Assembly: GCA_964561105.1 (NCBI GenBank)
Contig: CAZLOH010000008.1
Location: 3,093 to 67,092, forward strand
DNA: 64,000 bases
Direction of reading: 5' to 3'
From: an uncultured Bifidobacterium sp.
GTDB lineage: Bacteria > Verrucomicrobiota > Verrucomicrobiia > Limisphaerales > JADLHS01
The position numbers were made by a program, and so were the translations under genes. Shown piece after piece: positions 46,914-58,728 of this stretch. How positions within the stretch are numbered: the stretch's first letter is position 1; every line of letters begins with the position of its first letter. The notes under the pieces are model-generated. The model was not told where the DNA came from. It searched no databases and was given only the letters and a program-made list of their open reading frames with translations.

Positions 46914-49247
46914 ATGAGACTCAATTTGCGATTCATCGTCGCCGTGCCGTTGCTCGTGGCCGCGACCAGCTCGGCCCCCGCCGCCGTGAAACTCGCCGAG
47001 CGCGGCCAACCGCGGGTCGTCATCGTTCAACCCGCCGGAGCAACCGCGCCGGAGCAGCACGCCGTGGCCGAGCTTGCGCTTCACCTGAATCTGATCACCG
47101 GCGCGCGTTTTGAAATCCAGACCAATGCCGTGACCGCGCCGCCGAACGCCATCATCGTCGGTCAAGGCGCGCTGGCGACGGAGCTGTTCCCGGAAGTGGA
47201 TTTTGGCCGTCTCGGCGAAGAAGGCTTTGTCCTCCGCACCAAGGGTCAGCGGCTGTTGCTGGCGGGCGGGCGGCCCCGCGGGACGATTTATGCGGTGGAC
47301 CGTTTCCTGCAAGACCAATGCGGCGTGCGCTGGTGGACGCCGTGGGCCACCAACCTTCCGCACCACGCCACGTTGCGGATTCCCGACCTGGACGTGCGCG
47401 GGCAGCCGCCGTTCGAATATCGCGAACCGTTCTGGTTTCAGGGTTTTGATCCGCTGTGGAAGACGCGCAACGGAGCGAACGGTTCGAATCACCAGATCCC
47501 GTCCGACTGGGGCGGCTGCATCACCTACAAGGGATTTGCCCACACGTTCTATCCGCTCGTGCCCCCGGAGAAGTATTTCGCCGCCCATCCCGAGTGGTAC
47601 AGCCTCATCAATGGCAAGCGGACCCATGACCACGCCCAATTGTGCCTCTCGAATCCGGAGCTGCGCGATTTTGTCGTCGGACGCATCAAGGAATGGTTGC
47701 GCGAGGCGCCGGACGCCCGGATCATTTCCGTGACCCAAAACGACTGGCATGGCCAGTGTCAGTGCGCCAAGTGCCAGGCCATTGATGACACGGAAGGCAG
47801 CCCGGCCGGCAGCATGCTGGCCTTTGTGAATTACATCGCCGAAAAGATCGAACCGGATTTCCCGAATGTGGCGGTTGATACCTTTGCCTACCAATACACG
47901 CGCAAACCGCCAAAGCATATCAAGCCGCGCCCCAACGTCATCGTCCGGCTTTGCAGTATCGAGTGTAATTTCCGCGAGCCACTGGATCACCCGTCCAACG
48001 CCGCGTTTCTGGCGGACCTGGCTGGTTGGTCAAAAATATGTTCCCGCCTTTACATCTGGGATTACACGACGGATTTTTCGGCCTACTTGATGCCACACCC
48101 GAACTGGTTCGCGCTCGGCCCGAACGTGCGGTTGTTCCAGAAGTTTGGCGTGCGCGGCGTGTTCGAGCAGGGCGCCTATCAAGGATTCGGCAACGAGCTG
48201 GGAGAATTGCGCGCCTGGGTGCTGGCGCAACTCCTCTGGAATCCGCAACAGGATGATCGCGCGCTGATCCAGGAATTTCTCGTCGGCTACTACGGCCCGG
48301 CGGCGGCCAAATCCATCGGGCGTTACCTCGAACTCATGGATCACGCCTCGCAGGGGTTCTACCTCGGCTGCTTTACCCGGCCCAACGCCCCGTTCCGGAC
48401 GGCCGGGGTGTTGATCGAAGCCGAGCGACTCTGGCAGCAGGCGGAGCAGGCGACAGCCAAGGATCCGGAACTCAACGCGCGCGTGCGGCTCAGCCATCTG
48501 CCCGTGCGTTTTGCCTTCCTGCGCAAATGGGAAAAACTTCGCTACGATGCGTGGGAACAGAATCTCACCTGGCCGTTGTCCGAATCGCGCCGGGCGGTGG
48601 CGGATGAATTTGCGGCGGTGGCAAAAGGCTTGCCGGGCCGGCCGTGGACCGTGGTGAACCCCATGCGTGAATCCGGTCTGACCGTGGACAAATTCCTGGC
48701 GGACTTTGCCGAGGACCCGAAACGCGAGTTCGGTCCGCCGCCGCCCAAGCGTTTGCGCAATCCGCCTCCGCCTTCGGACCTGCCGCGATCAAGTCGGGCC
48801 GGCGCGGTGGAGCTGCCGGACAATCTGGCCGTGTTGGCCCGGCCGGGTGAATGGGCGGAAGTTCGCCCGGATGCGACCGCATCCGATCGGCGCGCCGTAT
48901 GGATGCCGGGTCGTCACAAGGAATGGGCCTGCACATTCGTGGGTTCGCGGCTGCCGGCCAAGGCGCAACGCGGACATTGGGACATTTACGCCGTGGTGCG
49001 CATCGAGCCGGGAACGGAAACCAAACCAGACGCGCCGGCGTTCAGCGCGGGGGTGTATGACGAGCAGGCGCGGAAATCCTTGGCGAGCCTCAGTGTATCG
49101 CGAGCGCAAGCCGGCGAGGGTTATCACTCGCACTTGATCGGTACCGTCGAGATGAATCCCGAGTGCGAAATTTATGTGGCGCCGGCGGCGAACGACGCAG
49201 CGCGCGCGGTCTGGGTGGATCGGGTGTTCCTCGTCCCTGCGCGCTGA
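46914..49247 (+). CDS. DUF4838-domain secreted protein (glycoside-hydrolase-like) with a C-terminal beta-domain
   Basis: N-terminal GH-N domain (EEGFVLRT...GTIYAV), PPFEYRE, HPEWY, QLCLSNPE, SVTQND and YIWDY. Confidence 0.82.
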   Translation: MRLNLRFIVAVPLLVAATSSAPAAVKLAERGQPRVVIVQPAGATAPEQHAVAELALHLNLITGARFEIQTNAVTAPPNAIIVGQGALATELFPEVDFGRLGEEGFVLRTKGQRLLLAGGRPRGTIYAVDRFLQDQCGVRWWTPWATNLPHHATLRIPDLDVRGQPPFEYREPFWFQGFDPLWKTRNGANGSNHQIPSDWGGCITYKGFAHTFYPLVPPEKYFAAHPEWYSLINGKRTHDHAQLCLSNPELRDFVVGRIKEWLREAPDARIISVTQNDWHGQCQCAKCQAIDDTEGSPAGSMLAFVNYIAEKIEPDFPNVAVDTFAYQYTRKPPKHIKPRPNVIVRLCSIECNFREPLDHPSNAAFLADLAGWSKICSRLYIWDYTTDFSAYLMPHPNWFALGPNVRLFQKFGVRGVFEQGAYQGFGNELGELRAWVLAQLLWNPQQDDRALIQEFLVGYYGPAAAKSIGRYLELMDHASQGFYLGCFTRPNAPFRTAGVLIEAERLWQQAEQATAKDPELNARVRLSHLPVRFAFLRKWEKLRYDAWEQNLTWPLSESRRAVADEFAAVAKGLPGRPWTVVNPMRESGLTVDKFLADFAEDPKREFGPPPPKRLRNPPPPSDLPRSSRAGAVELPDNLAVLARPGEWAEVRPDATASDRRAVWMPGRHKEWACTFVGSRLPAKAQRGHWDIYAVVRIEPGTETKPDAPAFSAGVYDEQARKSLASLSVSRAQAGEGYHSHLIGTVEMNPECEIYVAPAANDAARAVWVDRVFLVPAR

Positions 49248-49294
49248 GTCCGCCTCCCCGCGCGTGCATCTTGCCCCTGCCGGCGGACCGGAAT

Positions 49295-49543
49295 GGGGCG
49301 CGGCTGTGTCGTCCTCGACCAGCCGCAGCAGTTGCCACCCAACCTGGAAATTTCACACTCGTAACACCGGGTCGGGAACCCGGCCTTCAGGACTGGGCGA
49401 ACAAAGCTTGTAGGCCGCGTGCCCACGCGGCGGGTGTCAACATTCCAAGCTGCATGTGAAACATGCGGGGTAAATCCGCCTGCCGAATCGCTGCGGCCCA
49501 TTTTTCGCGCTGGTGCGGCTGGTTTTCAACCCGGCCGCGCTCC
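49295..49543. repeat. Nested REP-like element (GGGGCGCGGCTGTGTCGTCCTCGACCAGCCGCAGCA...GCGGCTGGTTTTCAACCCGGCCGCGCTCC)
   Basis: The two arms are reverse complements of the arms at 36546-36664, with additional palindromes nested inside. Confidence 0.78.
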
Positions 49544-49651
49544 TGGACAGTGTCAGGCTGCGCGCCCCCGCCCGCGCTTCCGTCGTTTTTCCTTGGGTAG
49601 TTTCCGTGGCTTCGCCTATGCTCCCTGCCGCTGAATTTTTGATTTGTCGCA

Positions 49652-52141
49652 ATGAAAGTCACCCTGAACTGGCTCAAGCAATACGTGGATTTCAACTGGT
49701 CACCGGAAACGCTGACGGAGCGGCTGACCTTGCTCGGACTCGAGGTCGAGGGCGTGCGGAAAATTTCCGGCGACTTCGAGGGCATCGTCGTGGCGCAGAT
49801 CCTCACCCGCGAGCCCGTGCCCGGCTCTGACAAACTTTCGGTCTGCAAAGTGAATGACGGCAAGGGCGAGAGGACCATCATTTGCGGTGCGCAGAACCAT
49901 CAGCCGGGCGACAAGGTCCCGCTCATTCTGCCGAACTTCGCGTTGCCGTTGAAGCCCGGCGAGTCGGAGCCGTTCGTCATCAAGGAACGAAAAGTCTTTG
50001 GCATCACAAGCCAGGGCATGATGTGTTCGCCCCAGGAACTCGGTCTGCCGGACCCAGTGGACGGCCTGCTGATTCTTCCGGCGGACGCGCCCGTCGGAAA
50101 ACCGTTCGGCGAATATCTCGGACGCACCGGCGGCGATGTGGTGTTTGACCTCGAAGTCACGCCCAACCGGCCTGATCTCAACAGCGTCATCGGCATCGCC
50201 CGCGAAATTGCAGCCCTCACGGGCAACGAACTCCGCTTCCCGGAAATTCCCGCTGGCCAGGATTCCGGTGGACCCGACACGACCCAGTTGCCGGTGTCAA
50301 CGGGCAACGACCCCATCACGGTTCGGATCGAGGATGCGGAGCGTTGCCCACGTTACACCGCCCGGATCATCCGGGGCGTGAAGGTGGGGCCGAGTCCGGA
50401 TTGGTTGCGTTCGGCGCTGGAGAAGGTCGGCGTTCGCAGTATCAGCAATGTGGTGGATGTGACGAACTACGTCATGCTCGAAACCGGCCAGCCACTGCAC
50501 GCGTTTGATTATCATTTGATCGCCAAAGGCGCGGATGGACGACCGACCATTGTGATCCGGCGCGCGCAGGCCGGTGAAAAATTTCAGACGCTCGACAATC
50601 AGGAGCGCACGCTCACGGACGAGATGCTGCTGATTGCGGATGAACAAAAGGGCATCGCGCTCGCCGGAGTGATGGGCGGCGCGAACTCCGAGATCAACGA
50701 GCAGACCGTGGACGTGTTGCTCGAGAGCGCCTGCTTCTCCCCGACCAACATCCGCCGCACGAGCAAACAGCTCGGCCTCCGCAGCGAGTCCAGTTACCGC
50801 TTCGAGCGGGGCGCGAACATCGGCCGCTGCGATTGGGCCAGTCGGCGCGCCGCCGGATTGATTTTGGAAACCGCGGGTGGCCAGTTGGTGGAACGCGCGG
50901 TGGACGCCTTCCCGCGACCGGTTGAACCCAAAGTTCTCACATTGCGCCCGGAAAAAGTCGAAGCCTTGCTGGGCCTCGCGATTCCTCGCGACCAGATCGA
51001 AGTGATGCTCAACCGTCTGGGTCTCCAATCCACCGCGCGCGTGCCGGTGCCGGTGGCAGGTCCGCCGGAAACGCCGTTGCCGCCGTTGAAATTCCGGGTG
51101 CCATCGTGGCGCGTGGACTTGAAACGCGAGGTGGATTTGATCGAGGAAGTCGGCCGGCTGCATGGAGTGGAGAAAATCCCCAGCACGCCACCACGGGGTG
51201 CGACGGGCGCCAACGCGTTTGATTCCGTTTTTGACCAGATTGGGGACGTGCGGCGAATTCTCACCGGGCTGGGCTTGCACGAGGCGCAGGGGCAGACGCT
51301 GGTGTCGAAAGCCGAGTGTCGAATGTCAGACGACCAGATCGTCGCGCTGGCCAATCCACTGAGTTCGGACATGGACGTGCTGCGGCCGAGTCTGTTGCCG
51401 GGTTTGCTCGCCGTGTTGCGCCACAATGTCAACCGGAAGAATCAAGACCTGGCGCTGTTTGAAGTGGGCCGGGTGTTCACGCGGGTGAACGGGGCGACGA
51501 AGGAGGAACGCCGGGTCGCCCTGGCGCTCACCGGTCAACGCGCGCTGCCGTTCTGGAGCGGGGGCGAACGCGAAGCCAGGTTTGACGCCTACGATCTCAA
51601 AGGTCTGGTGGAGGTCTGGCTGGAGCAATTTGGTTTGCGCGGCGTGGTGTTTGGCAAGCGCGCGGAGAGCACGCCCTGGTTTCTCGAATCCGCCACGGTG
51701 ACCTTGGGCGGGAAAGTGCCGCTGGGCGAACTCGGCCAGTTGCTCCCGACCCTGGCCAAACAATCCGACCTGCGCGACGCCGTGTTTCTCGCCGAGTTCA
51801 ATCTCGATGTGCTGCTGGCCAAACGAAATCCCGCCAATTCTTTCAAACCGCTGCCGCAATTCCCGTCGAGCCGCCGCGATGTGGCGATGCTCGTGCCGGA
51901 GGCGACCACGCACGAGGCCGTGTTGCAAACGGTCCGGCAGGCCAAGCCGGCCAATCTGGAAACGGTGGAGTTGTTCGATGTGTTTCGCGGCCAACACGTG
52001 CCGGCCGGACAGAAGAGTCTGGCCTACGCGATCACTTATCGCGCGGCGGACCGGACTTTGACCGAGGCCGAAGTGAACGCCGCCCATGAGCGGGTGGTGG
52101 CCGCCTGCCAGACACACTTGCGGGCCGTGTTGCGGGCATGA
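49652..52141 (+). CDS. pheT: Phenylalanine--tRNA ligase beta subunit
   Basis: tRNA-binding OB domain, [44 protein letters not shown] and the FDX-ACB C-terminus. Confidence 0.96.
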   Translation: MKVTLNWLKQYVDFNWSPETLTERLTLLGLEVEGVRKISGDFEGIVVAQILTREPVPGSDKLSVCKVNDGKGERTIICGAQNHQPGDKVPLILPNFALPLKPGESEPFVIKERKVFGITSQGMMCSPQELGLPDPVDGLLILPADAPVGKPFGEYLGRTGGDVVFDLEVTPNRPDLNSVIGIAREIAALTGNELRFPEIPAGQDSGGPDTTQLPVSTGNDPITVRIEDAERCPRYTARIIRGVKVGPSPDWLRSALEKVGVRSISNVVDVTNYVMLETGQPLHAFDYHLIAKGADGRPTIVIRRAQAGEKFQTLDNQERTLTDEMLLIADEQKGIALAGVMGGANSEINEQTVDVLLESACFSPTNIRRTSKQLGLRSESSYRFERGANIGRCDWASRRAAGLILETAGGQLVERAVDAFPRPVEPKVLTLRPEKVEALLGLAIPRDQIEVMLNRLGLQSTARVPVPVAGPPETPLPPLKFRVPSWRVDLKREVDLIEEVGRLHGVEKIPSTPPRGATGANAFDSVFDQIGDVRRILTGLGLHEAQGQTLVSKAECRMSDDQIVALANPLSSDMDVLRPSLLPGLLAVLRHNVNRKNQDLALFEVGRVFTRVNGATKEERRVALALTGQRALPFWSGGEREARFDAYDLKGLVEVWLEQFGLRGVVFGKRAESTPWFLESATVTLGGKVPLGELGQLLPTLAKQSDLRDAVFLAEFNLDVLLAKRNPANSFKPLPQFPSSRRDVAMLVPEATTHEAVLQTVRQAKPANLETVELFDVFRGQHVPAGQKSLAYAITYRAADRTLTEAEVNAAHERVVAACQTHLRAVLRA

Positions 52142-52233
52142 CGCGGCCCGGACATTTGAAACGCATTTTTGGCAGCGACGGACTGGCCGATAAGCGGAAT
52201 CAGTTCAGACTGCCCGGAGAACCGAACCGAACC

Positions 52234-53541
52234 ATGAGCCAAACCACGAGCTTCGCCCTGACGCAGGCGGATATTCCAACCGCCTGGTACAACCTCAATG
52301 CCGATTTCCCCGAGCCGCTGCCGCCGCCGCTGCACCCGGGCACGAAACAACCGATGCCGCCCGAGGCGCTCGAAGCCATTTTCCCGCGCAACCTGGTCGA
52401 ACAGGAGATCAGCACCGAGCGTTGGATTGAAATCCCCGAACCCGTCCGGGAAATCTACGCGCTGTGGCGGCCGACACCGCTGTTGCGCGCAGTGCGTCTG
52501 GAACGGGCGCTGCAAACGCCGGCGCACATTTATTACAAATACGAGGGCATCAGCCCCGCCGGCAGTCACAAGGTCAACACGTCGGTGGCGCAGGCTTATT
52601 TCAACCGGCAGGCGGGCACGAAACGACTCGCGACCGAGACCGGCGCCGGGCAATGGGGTTCCTCGCTCGCGTTCGCGTGCAGTTTGTTCGACCTGGAGTG
52701 CAACGTGTACATGGTCAAGGTCAGTTATGAGAGCAAGCCGTATCGCCGGATGCTCATGCACACCTGGGGCGCGACGGTTCATGCCAGCCCGAGCAACACG
52801 ACGGACTATGGCCGCAAGGTGCTGGCCGAGGATCCGCACTGTCCCGGTAGTCTGGGGATGGCGATCAGCGAGGCCATCGAGGACACGGTCAAACACCCGC
52901 ATACCAAGTACTCCCTCGGCAGTGTGCTGAACCACGTGTGCCTGCACCAGACTGTCATCGGCGAGGAAACCCTCAAGCAGATGGAACTCGCCGGAGAAGA
53001 GCCGGACGTGATCATCGGTTGCTGCGGCGGCGGCAGCAACTTTGCCGGGCTGGCCTTCCCGTTTCTGCGCCGGAAGATTCAGGAGAAAAAGAAATATCGC
53101 CTGGTGGGCGTGGAACCTTCGGCGTGCCCGACCTTGACCCAGGGAGAACTGCGCTACGATTTTGGGGACACGGCCGAGACGACGCCCTTGCTGATGATGC
53201 ACACACTGGGACACAAATTCATGCCGCCGCCGATTCATGCCGGCGGACTGCGCTATCACGGCATGTCGCCGATGATCAGCCACGCCCTGAAGCTGGGCCT
53301 GATCGAAGCCGAGGCGTATCACCAGACCAAGGTCTTCGAGGCCGCCACGTTGTTCGCGCGCCGTGAAGGTCTGGTGCCGGCACCGGAATCAGCGCACGCG
53401 ATCGCGGCCGTGGTGCGGCATGCCCTCGAGGCCCGGGAGCAGGGAAAAAAGCGCGTGCTGTTGTTCAATCTTTCCGGACACGGGCTGCTCGACTTGAGCG
53501 CCTACGAATCCTACCAGCACGGAAAACTGCAGGATGTTTGA
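52234..53541 (+). CDS. trpB: TrpB2-type tryptophan synthase beta-like PLP enzyme
   Basis: WYNL, WRPTPL, GSHKVNT (PLP lysine), [25 protein letters not shown] and HAGGLRYHG. No trpA is adjacent. Start may instead be 52138, which overlaps pheT. Confidence 0.9.
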   Translation: MSQTTSFALTQADIPTAWYNLNADFPEPLPPPLHPGTKQPMPPEALEAIFPRNLVEQEISTERWIEIPEPVREIYALWRPTPLLRAVRLERALQTPAHIYYKYEGISPAGSHKVNTSVAQAYFNRQAGTKRLATETGAGQWGSSLAFACSLFDLECNVYMVKVSYESKPYRRMLMHTWGATVHASPSNTTDYGRKVLAEDPHCPGSLGMAISEAIEDTVKHPHTKYSLGSVLNHVCLHQTVIGEETLKQMELAGEEPDVIIGCCGGGSNFAGLAFPFLRRKIQEKKKYRLVGVEPSACPTLTQGELRYDFGDTAETTPLLMMHTLGHKFMPPPIHAGGLRYHGMSPMISHALKLGLIEAEAYHQTKVFEAATLFARREGLVPAPESAHAIAAVVRHALEAREQGKKRVLLFNLSGHGLLDLSAYESYQHGKLQDV

Positions 53542-53608
53542 GACGAAACTGCAACGAGCAGTCCGGCAATCCAGCCGCGGCGGCGAAGTTCGTGCTGCGC
53601 CACCGAGG

Positions 53609-56600
53609 CTATTTTAACGAGGCCAGATAGGCCACCAGGTCGCGAATTTCGCTCTTGGTAAGCACCTGGCGCATGTTGTCGAGCATTCCGGAGGCTCCGG
53701 TCTTGCGCGTCTTGATGTCCGATTTCTTGAGGGTCACCAGACCGTCTTCCGGCGTGTACAATTCAATACTATCCGCCGTTTCGTGCTTGAGCAGGCCGGC
53801 GTAGGAGACGCCGTTGTTCAACACGCCCTGGATCGTTTCATAGCCCGGCGCAATCTTGTTGTTCGGATAAGTGATGGACTCAAGAATGTAAGCGCGGTCG
53901 GCGCGCGCGCCGATCTGGGAGAGGTTCGGGCCGGCATCGCCACCCTCCCCGGTGACTTTGTGGCAGCGGATGCAGGAGGCTTCAATTTTTTCGTGGAAAA
54001 TCTTGCTTCCATTCGCAGCATTCCCGCCGTCCAGACAATCGGCGAACTGCGCCACACCGGTCTGACTCGCGCGTTGCTTCGCCAGCGCGGCCAGTTCGGA
54101 CTTGACCTGAGGATCCTGGCGCTGGGCGGCGGCTTCCTCCAGATCCAATTCCACCGCCGGGGCAATTTTGCCCGCGCGCAATTCGCCCAGTTGTTGCGCG
54201 AGCAACCGATCCGAGGCGGGATCCGGGGTCCTCGCCAGCACGGAATAGACCGCCTGTTTTTCGGCCACGGTGCCGTGGGTCAGGTATTTCTCCAGAGTAG
54301 CGACGACCTGATGGGCGGGAACGGATTGCGCCGTGAGTTTGACGGCCGCCAGCCGGAGGACTTCCGATGAGGAGGCGCTCGCCGCTTGCATCGCGGCCGG
54401 CAACTGTGGCGACTTCAAGTGGCCGAGACATTCCAACGCGGTCGTGCGCAATTCCGGGCTGGCCCCGGTGTCGCTCACGCACTTGAGCGCCGGCGGACCG
54501 AAACTCGTCCAGTTATTTTCCCCCGCCAGCTCAAACACGCCGATCGCCATTTTCTCCGACGCCGGGTGCGTGGTGATGGCAAGCAACGTGGCTTCCACCT
54601 TGCCGGAATTGAGCGGCGGACGTTCGGGCAGGGGCCGCCAGAGTCCGGAGACGTGATCCTTCCCGTCCGGCTTCGACCACTGACTGAGCGCCGTGATGGC
54701 TTCCGATCGAATCAACTTGGGCAGCGGTTCGGCGGCCGCCAACGTCGCCAGTCGTTCGGCGGCGGCAGGCGTGCCGACCCGGAGATTGGCGTTGACGATG
54801 CGGCGCAAGATGGCGTCGCGCGGCGCGGGTTGTTCAACGGACCCGACGGGCAGACGCGCGAACTGGGGCCACTGATCGCCGAGCGCAGCCAGCGCGGGCA
54901 AATCCGCCACCACCGGCAGGTCATTGATGGCGCGCGCGACCTCGGCCACCACCCGTGGATTGGGGTCGTTCAAAAATTGGTCCAGTTTCGACGAGGCCAG
55001 ACGGCGCAACGCCACAACGGCCGCGAGCCGGAGGTTGACCGAGGCATCGCCGTGCAACGCGGCCAGTTCGGATTCGGTGGCGCAGTGCAGCAGCGCCATC
55101 ACCCCGGCGTGCCGCAGCCACGGATCCTCGCCGCTCTGGCGCAACATTTTCTGCACGGCGGCCAGATCGCGCGCCTGACCAACTTTGCTCACGGACAACG
55201 CCGCGAAGTAACGCACGCGCGGCTCGGGGTCGCTCAACATTTTGACGAACTGCTTGACGTAACGCGCGTCCTGCGCGTCGCCGAGGACCTTGAAAGATTG
55301 CGCGCGGACCTCCGTCTCCGGGTCTTTCAGCAATTTGGCGAAATCAGGTTTCTGGCCGCTGCGCTCAAGCTGCCCCAACCCCCAGATGGCGTGCAGCCGC
55401 GCCAACAATGACGGATTCTGAGCCGCGACGCGGACCAGGTCACGCCGGGCCAAGTGCGCCACGAGCGCGAACTGCGCTTCGCGTCGCACCCGCCGGTCCG
55501 CATGCGCGAGCAGGCCGGCCAGTTCCACATTCGATCGTTGCGTGAAGCCCTCGGCGAAAAGTTTTTTCACCTCGGCCACGACTGGCTGGTTGCGTTCCTC
55601 CGGCGTGAAGACGCGATAGATACGGCCCTTGCCGGTGCCGGCCCAGCCGTCTATCCAATCGCTGGCGTAGAGACAACCGTCGTAACCAAAGTCAACGTCC
55701 GTGGGCAGAAAATCCCACCAGAAATGTTTCACTTCACCGAGGGCAAAGCCCGCGCCCTGTGGCTGCACGGTGAAGGCGAGGATGCCGCTGTTGGGCCGGG
55801 GGCTCCCGCTGAAATTGCACATGAAAAAATGTCCGCGCCACGGCGGCGGCAGACCGATGCCCGGATCCAGTGTCAGCCCGCTGGGCCCATTGCCGACTTT
55901 CGAGGACACGGGGGGCAGCGCGTAGGCCGCGCGATCAGGAAATTGTTCGTAGCAGAGCCGCTCGGCGAGCCACGAACTGCGGGCCATGGGTTGCGTGATG
56001 AATTGCCAGCCCACACGCCAGCCGCTGTCGCCACCCTCGGCCGCGTACACGATGCGTGCCGGGTCGCCGGCATCGGAGTTGTTGTCGCCGGTCCAGAGAT
56101 TGCCGTAATCATCGAAGACCAGTTCCTGCGGATTGCGCAGACCCTGGTAAAAGATTTCCACGTTGGACCCATCGAGGTTGCAGCGATAAATCGCGCCGCA
56201 CTCGGAGTTGTCCACCACTTTGCCGTCCGGCCGCACGATGTGCCCGCCGCGATCGCCGATGGAATAGTAGAGCCGCCCGTCCGGGCCGATTTGCAGTCCG
56301 TGCAGGTCGTGGCCGAGGAAACCGTACCGCACGCCGTAGCCATAGCTAAGACTCTTTCGCGAATCAGCCACGCCATCGTGGTTCGTGTCCTGCAACAGCC
56401 ACAGGTTCGGGATGTCGGTGTAATAGACGTCGCCGTGGCGCGCGAGGACGCTGGCGCCGAGTCCGTCCTCCAACTGGTTGAAACCTTTGGCAAAAATCCG
56501 GGACCGGTCAATCTTGCCGTCACCCTGGCTGTCCCAGAGGAAGGCGATCTGGTCGTCGCGATTCGTCCACCAGGCGGTGTTGTTGGGTTCAAAGCGCTTC

Positions 56601-56950
56601 GTGTAGGCGATGCGCTCGGCCACGGATCGGGAGGCGAGTTCGGTGTCCAACCAGTTCATGCGCTCGCGAATGTCCGGCACGCCAGCCCCGAAACGAAAAG
56701 TTTCGGCGACGTAAAAATGACCCTGCTCATCAATGCTGAAGGCCACGGGATTGGCGAGCAACGGTTCGGCGGCGACCAATTCGCACGTAAAACCTTTGGG
56801 CAGCGCGAAACCCTTGATGGCCTGTTCCGCTTCATCGCTGGCGCGGGCGTCCGCTTTGACGGCAACTCCGAAGTCGTCCACGGCGGGGAGTTGAGTGACG
56901 GTGAAGCAGGCTACGGACGCAAGCGCGAGGGAAAGCTTTCGGCAAAACAT
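53609..56950 (-). CDS. PVC-type membrane-bound dehydrogenase-like protein with HEAT repeats and a C-terminal c-type heme
   Basis: N-terminal beta-propeller (LVAAEPLLANPVA, GLRNPQEL, GNGPSG), HEAT repeats, CIRCH heme motif and GPNLSQIG. Confidence 0.88.
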   Translation of the reverse strand: MFCRKLSLALASVACFTVTQLPAVDDFGVAVKADARASDEAEQAIKGFALPKGFTCELVAAEPLLANPVAFSIDEQGHFYVAETFRFGAGVPDIRERMNWLDTELASRSVAERIAYTKRFEPNNTAWWTNRDDQIAFLWDSQGDGKIDRSRIFAKGFNQLEDGLGASVLARHGDVYYTDIPNLWLLQDTNHDGVADSRKSLSYGYGVRYGFLGHDLHGLQIGPDGRLYYSIGDRGGHIVRPDGKVVDNSECGAIYRCNLDGSNVEIFYQGLRNPQELVFDDYGNLWTGDNNSDAGDPARIVYAAEGGDSGWRVGWQFITQPMARSSWLAERLCYEQFPDRAAYALPPVSSKVGNGPSGLTLDPGIGLPPPWRGHFFMCNFSGSPRPNSGILAFTVQPQGAGFALGEVKHFWWDFLPTDVDFGYDGCLYASDWIDGWAGTGKGRIYRVFTPEERNQPVVAEVKKLFAEGFTQRSNVELAGLLAHADRRVRREAQFALVAHLARRDLVRVAAQNPSLLARLHAIWGLGQLERSGQKPDFAKLLKDPETEVRAQSFKVLGDAQDARYVKQFVKMLSDPEPRVRYFAALSVSKVGQARDLAAVQKMLRQSGEDPWLRHAGVMALLHCATESELAALHGDASVNLRLAAVVALRRLASSKLDQFLNDPNPRVVAEVARAINDLPVVADLPALAALGDQWPQFARLPVGSVEQPAPRDAILRRIVNANLRVGTPAAAERLATLAAAEPLPKLIRSEAITALSQWSKPDGKDHVSGLWRPLPERPPLNSGKVEATLLAITTHPASEKMAIGVFELAGENNWTSFGPPALKCVSDTGASPELRTTALECLGHLKSPQLPAAMQAASASSSEVLRLAAVKLTAQSVPAHQVVATLEKYLTHGTVAEKQAVYSVLARTPDPASDRLLAQQLGELRAGKIAPAVELDLEEAAAQRQDPQVKSELAALAKQRASQTGVAQFADCLDGGNAANGSKIFHEKIEASCIRCHKVTGEGGDAGPNLSQIGARADRAYILESITYPNNKIAPGYETIQGVLNNGVSYAGLLKHETADSIELYTPEDGLVTLKKSDIKTRKTGASGMLDNMRQVLTKSEIRDLVAYLASLK

Positions 56951-57011
56951 ACGCCGGGAAGATTGCAAACCGCGGCGGCCTTAGCAAGAAAGTTGGCCCG
57001 GGTTGGGCATG

Positions 57012-57130
57012 TCGCACCTCTGATTGCTCCGCCCGTACCGGATTGAGGAGCACACGCCCTCGCGCGGGGGCGCACCCGGAGGCGGCGGACGCGGGCGTCC
57101 ACCGCCGCACGCGAAGGCGCGTGCGCTCCC
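57012..57130 (-). repeat. MITE/REP-like element, copy 2
   Basis: Reverse complement resembles 25548-25675; begins GGGAGCGCACGCG. Confidence 0.8.
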
Positions 57131-57305
57131 GACTGCCATAAACGGAGAACACCCGTTGAGCACGAGCGGCCAGATTCCGTTGGCCTGTCGGCGCGCGCTC
57201 CGCTACGATTCACTTGGGACTGAGAGTCACGACTTCAGGTGAAACGTGACTTCGCCCTGCCGACGAAATTTCAGTCGGGCAACGAACCATACTTGAATTA
57301 TCACT

Positions 57306-58361
57306 ATGAACGCCAAAATCACCAAACTGCTCGGCGATTCCGCCGCGAGCCTGCTCCAACACAAGGCCATCTTCCCGAAGGAAAAATTGCATCTGCCTGG
57401 GTCGGATTTCATGGACCGCATCTTCGTCGGCTCGGACCGAAATCCGCAGGTGTTGCGGAGTCTGCAACAGATGTTCGGCCACGGCCGGCTGGGCGGCACG
57501 GGGTATCTCTCGATCCTGCCGGTGGATCAAGGCATCGAACACTCGGCGGGCGCGAGCTTCGCGCCGAACCCAGATTACTTTGATCCGGAGAACATCGTGA
57601 AGCTGGCCCTCGAGGGTGGCTGCAACGCGGTGGCTTCCACGCTCGGCGTGCTGGGCATCGTGTCGCGCAAATACGCGCACAAGATTCCGTTCCTGGTGAA
57701 GTTGAATCACAACGAACTGCTGACCTGCCCGAACAAGTTCGACCAGATTTATTTCGCGCAAGTGGAGCAGGCGTGGAACCTGGGGGCGGCGGCGGTTGGC
57801 GCGACGATTTATTTCGGTTCGGCGGAATCCACGCGGCAGATTGTCGAGACCAGCCAGGCGTTCAAACGCGCGCACGAACTTGGCCTGGCCACGGTGTTGT
57901 GGTGCTATCTGCGCAACAGCGCGTTCAAGACGAAGGAAAAGGATTATCATGTGAGCGCCGATCTCACCGGCCAGGCGAATCATCTGGGCGTGACCATCGA
58001 AGCCGACATCATCAAACAGAAGCTCCCCGAGAACAACGGCGGCTACAAGGCCATCCCGAATTACGGCAAGACCAGCGAGAAAGTTTACACCGAGCTGACC
58101 ACGGAGCACCCGATTGATCTGTGCCGGTATCAGGTGCTGAACTGCTACGCGGGGCGCGCGGGTCTGATCAACTCCGGCGGCGAGTCCAAGGGCCAGGGCG
58201 ACCTCGCAGCGGCGGTGCGAACGGCGGTGATCAACAAGCGCGCCGGTGGCATGGGGTTGATTTCCGGCCGCAAAGCCTTCCAACGTCCGCTCCGTGAAGG
58301 CGTCGAGTTGCTCAACGCCATTCAGGACGTGTATCTGGATCAGGACATCACGGTGGCGTGA
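57306..58361 (+). CDS. fbaB: Class I fructose-bisphosphate aldolase (DhnA/FbaB type)
   Basis: [44 protein letters not shown] and [10 protein letters not shown]. Confidence 0.95.
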   Translation: MNAKITKLLGDSAASLLQHKAIFPKEKLHLPGSDFMDRIFVGSDRNPQVLRSLQQMFGHGRLGGTGYLSILPVDQGIEHSAGASFAPNPDYFDPENIVKLALEGGCNAVASTLGVLGIVSRKYAHKIPFLVKLNHNELLTCPNKFDQIYFAQVEQAWNLGAAAVGATIYFGSAESTRQIVETSQAFKRAHELGLATVLWCYLRNSAFKTKEKDYHVSADLTGQANHLGVTIEADIIKQKLPENNGGYKAIPNYGKTSEKVYTELTTEHPIDLCRYQVLNCYAGRAGLINSGGESKGQGDLAAAVRTAVINKRAGGMGLISGRKAFQRPLREGVELLNAIQDVYLDQDITVA

Positions 58362-58404
58362 CGCCGGCTGCTGTTTGACAGCTCCGTGGTCTCCGGAACG
58401 GAGT

Positions 58405-58728
58405 TCAGAGTTGCAACCACGTCCGCAGTCGTTGGTTCAGCGCGCGTTGATCGGCTGAAGAGAGCGAGCCAAGCACTTTGACAACCAGCCTTGCTTCCAC
58501 GGTGGCCAATTGCGCTTTGACTCCACAGGCCACGTTCAAACCGGCCACGCGCCAGTCTTGGACCGGAATATCCGTGTTGGAAAGCACCGAAGAAATCGGA
58601 GCCAGGAACAGGTCAGCCCCGTAGCGCCCAAGGACCACGGCCGGCCGGACTTTGCGGCTCGTCAGGTCCGTGAACGGAATCGGCAGGAGAACGACGTCAT
58701 TTCTTGAGCAATTCATTGAAGACGTCAT
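58405..58728 (-). CDS. MazF/PemK-family toxin
   Basis: DVVLLPIPFTDLTSRKVRPAVVL...APISS. Confidence 0.85.
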   Translation of the reverse strand: MTSSMNCSRNDVVLLPIPFTDLTSRKVRPAVVLGRYGADLFLAPISSVLSNTDIPVQDWRVAGLNVACGVKAQLATVEARLVVKVLGSLSSADQRALNQRLRTWLQL

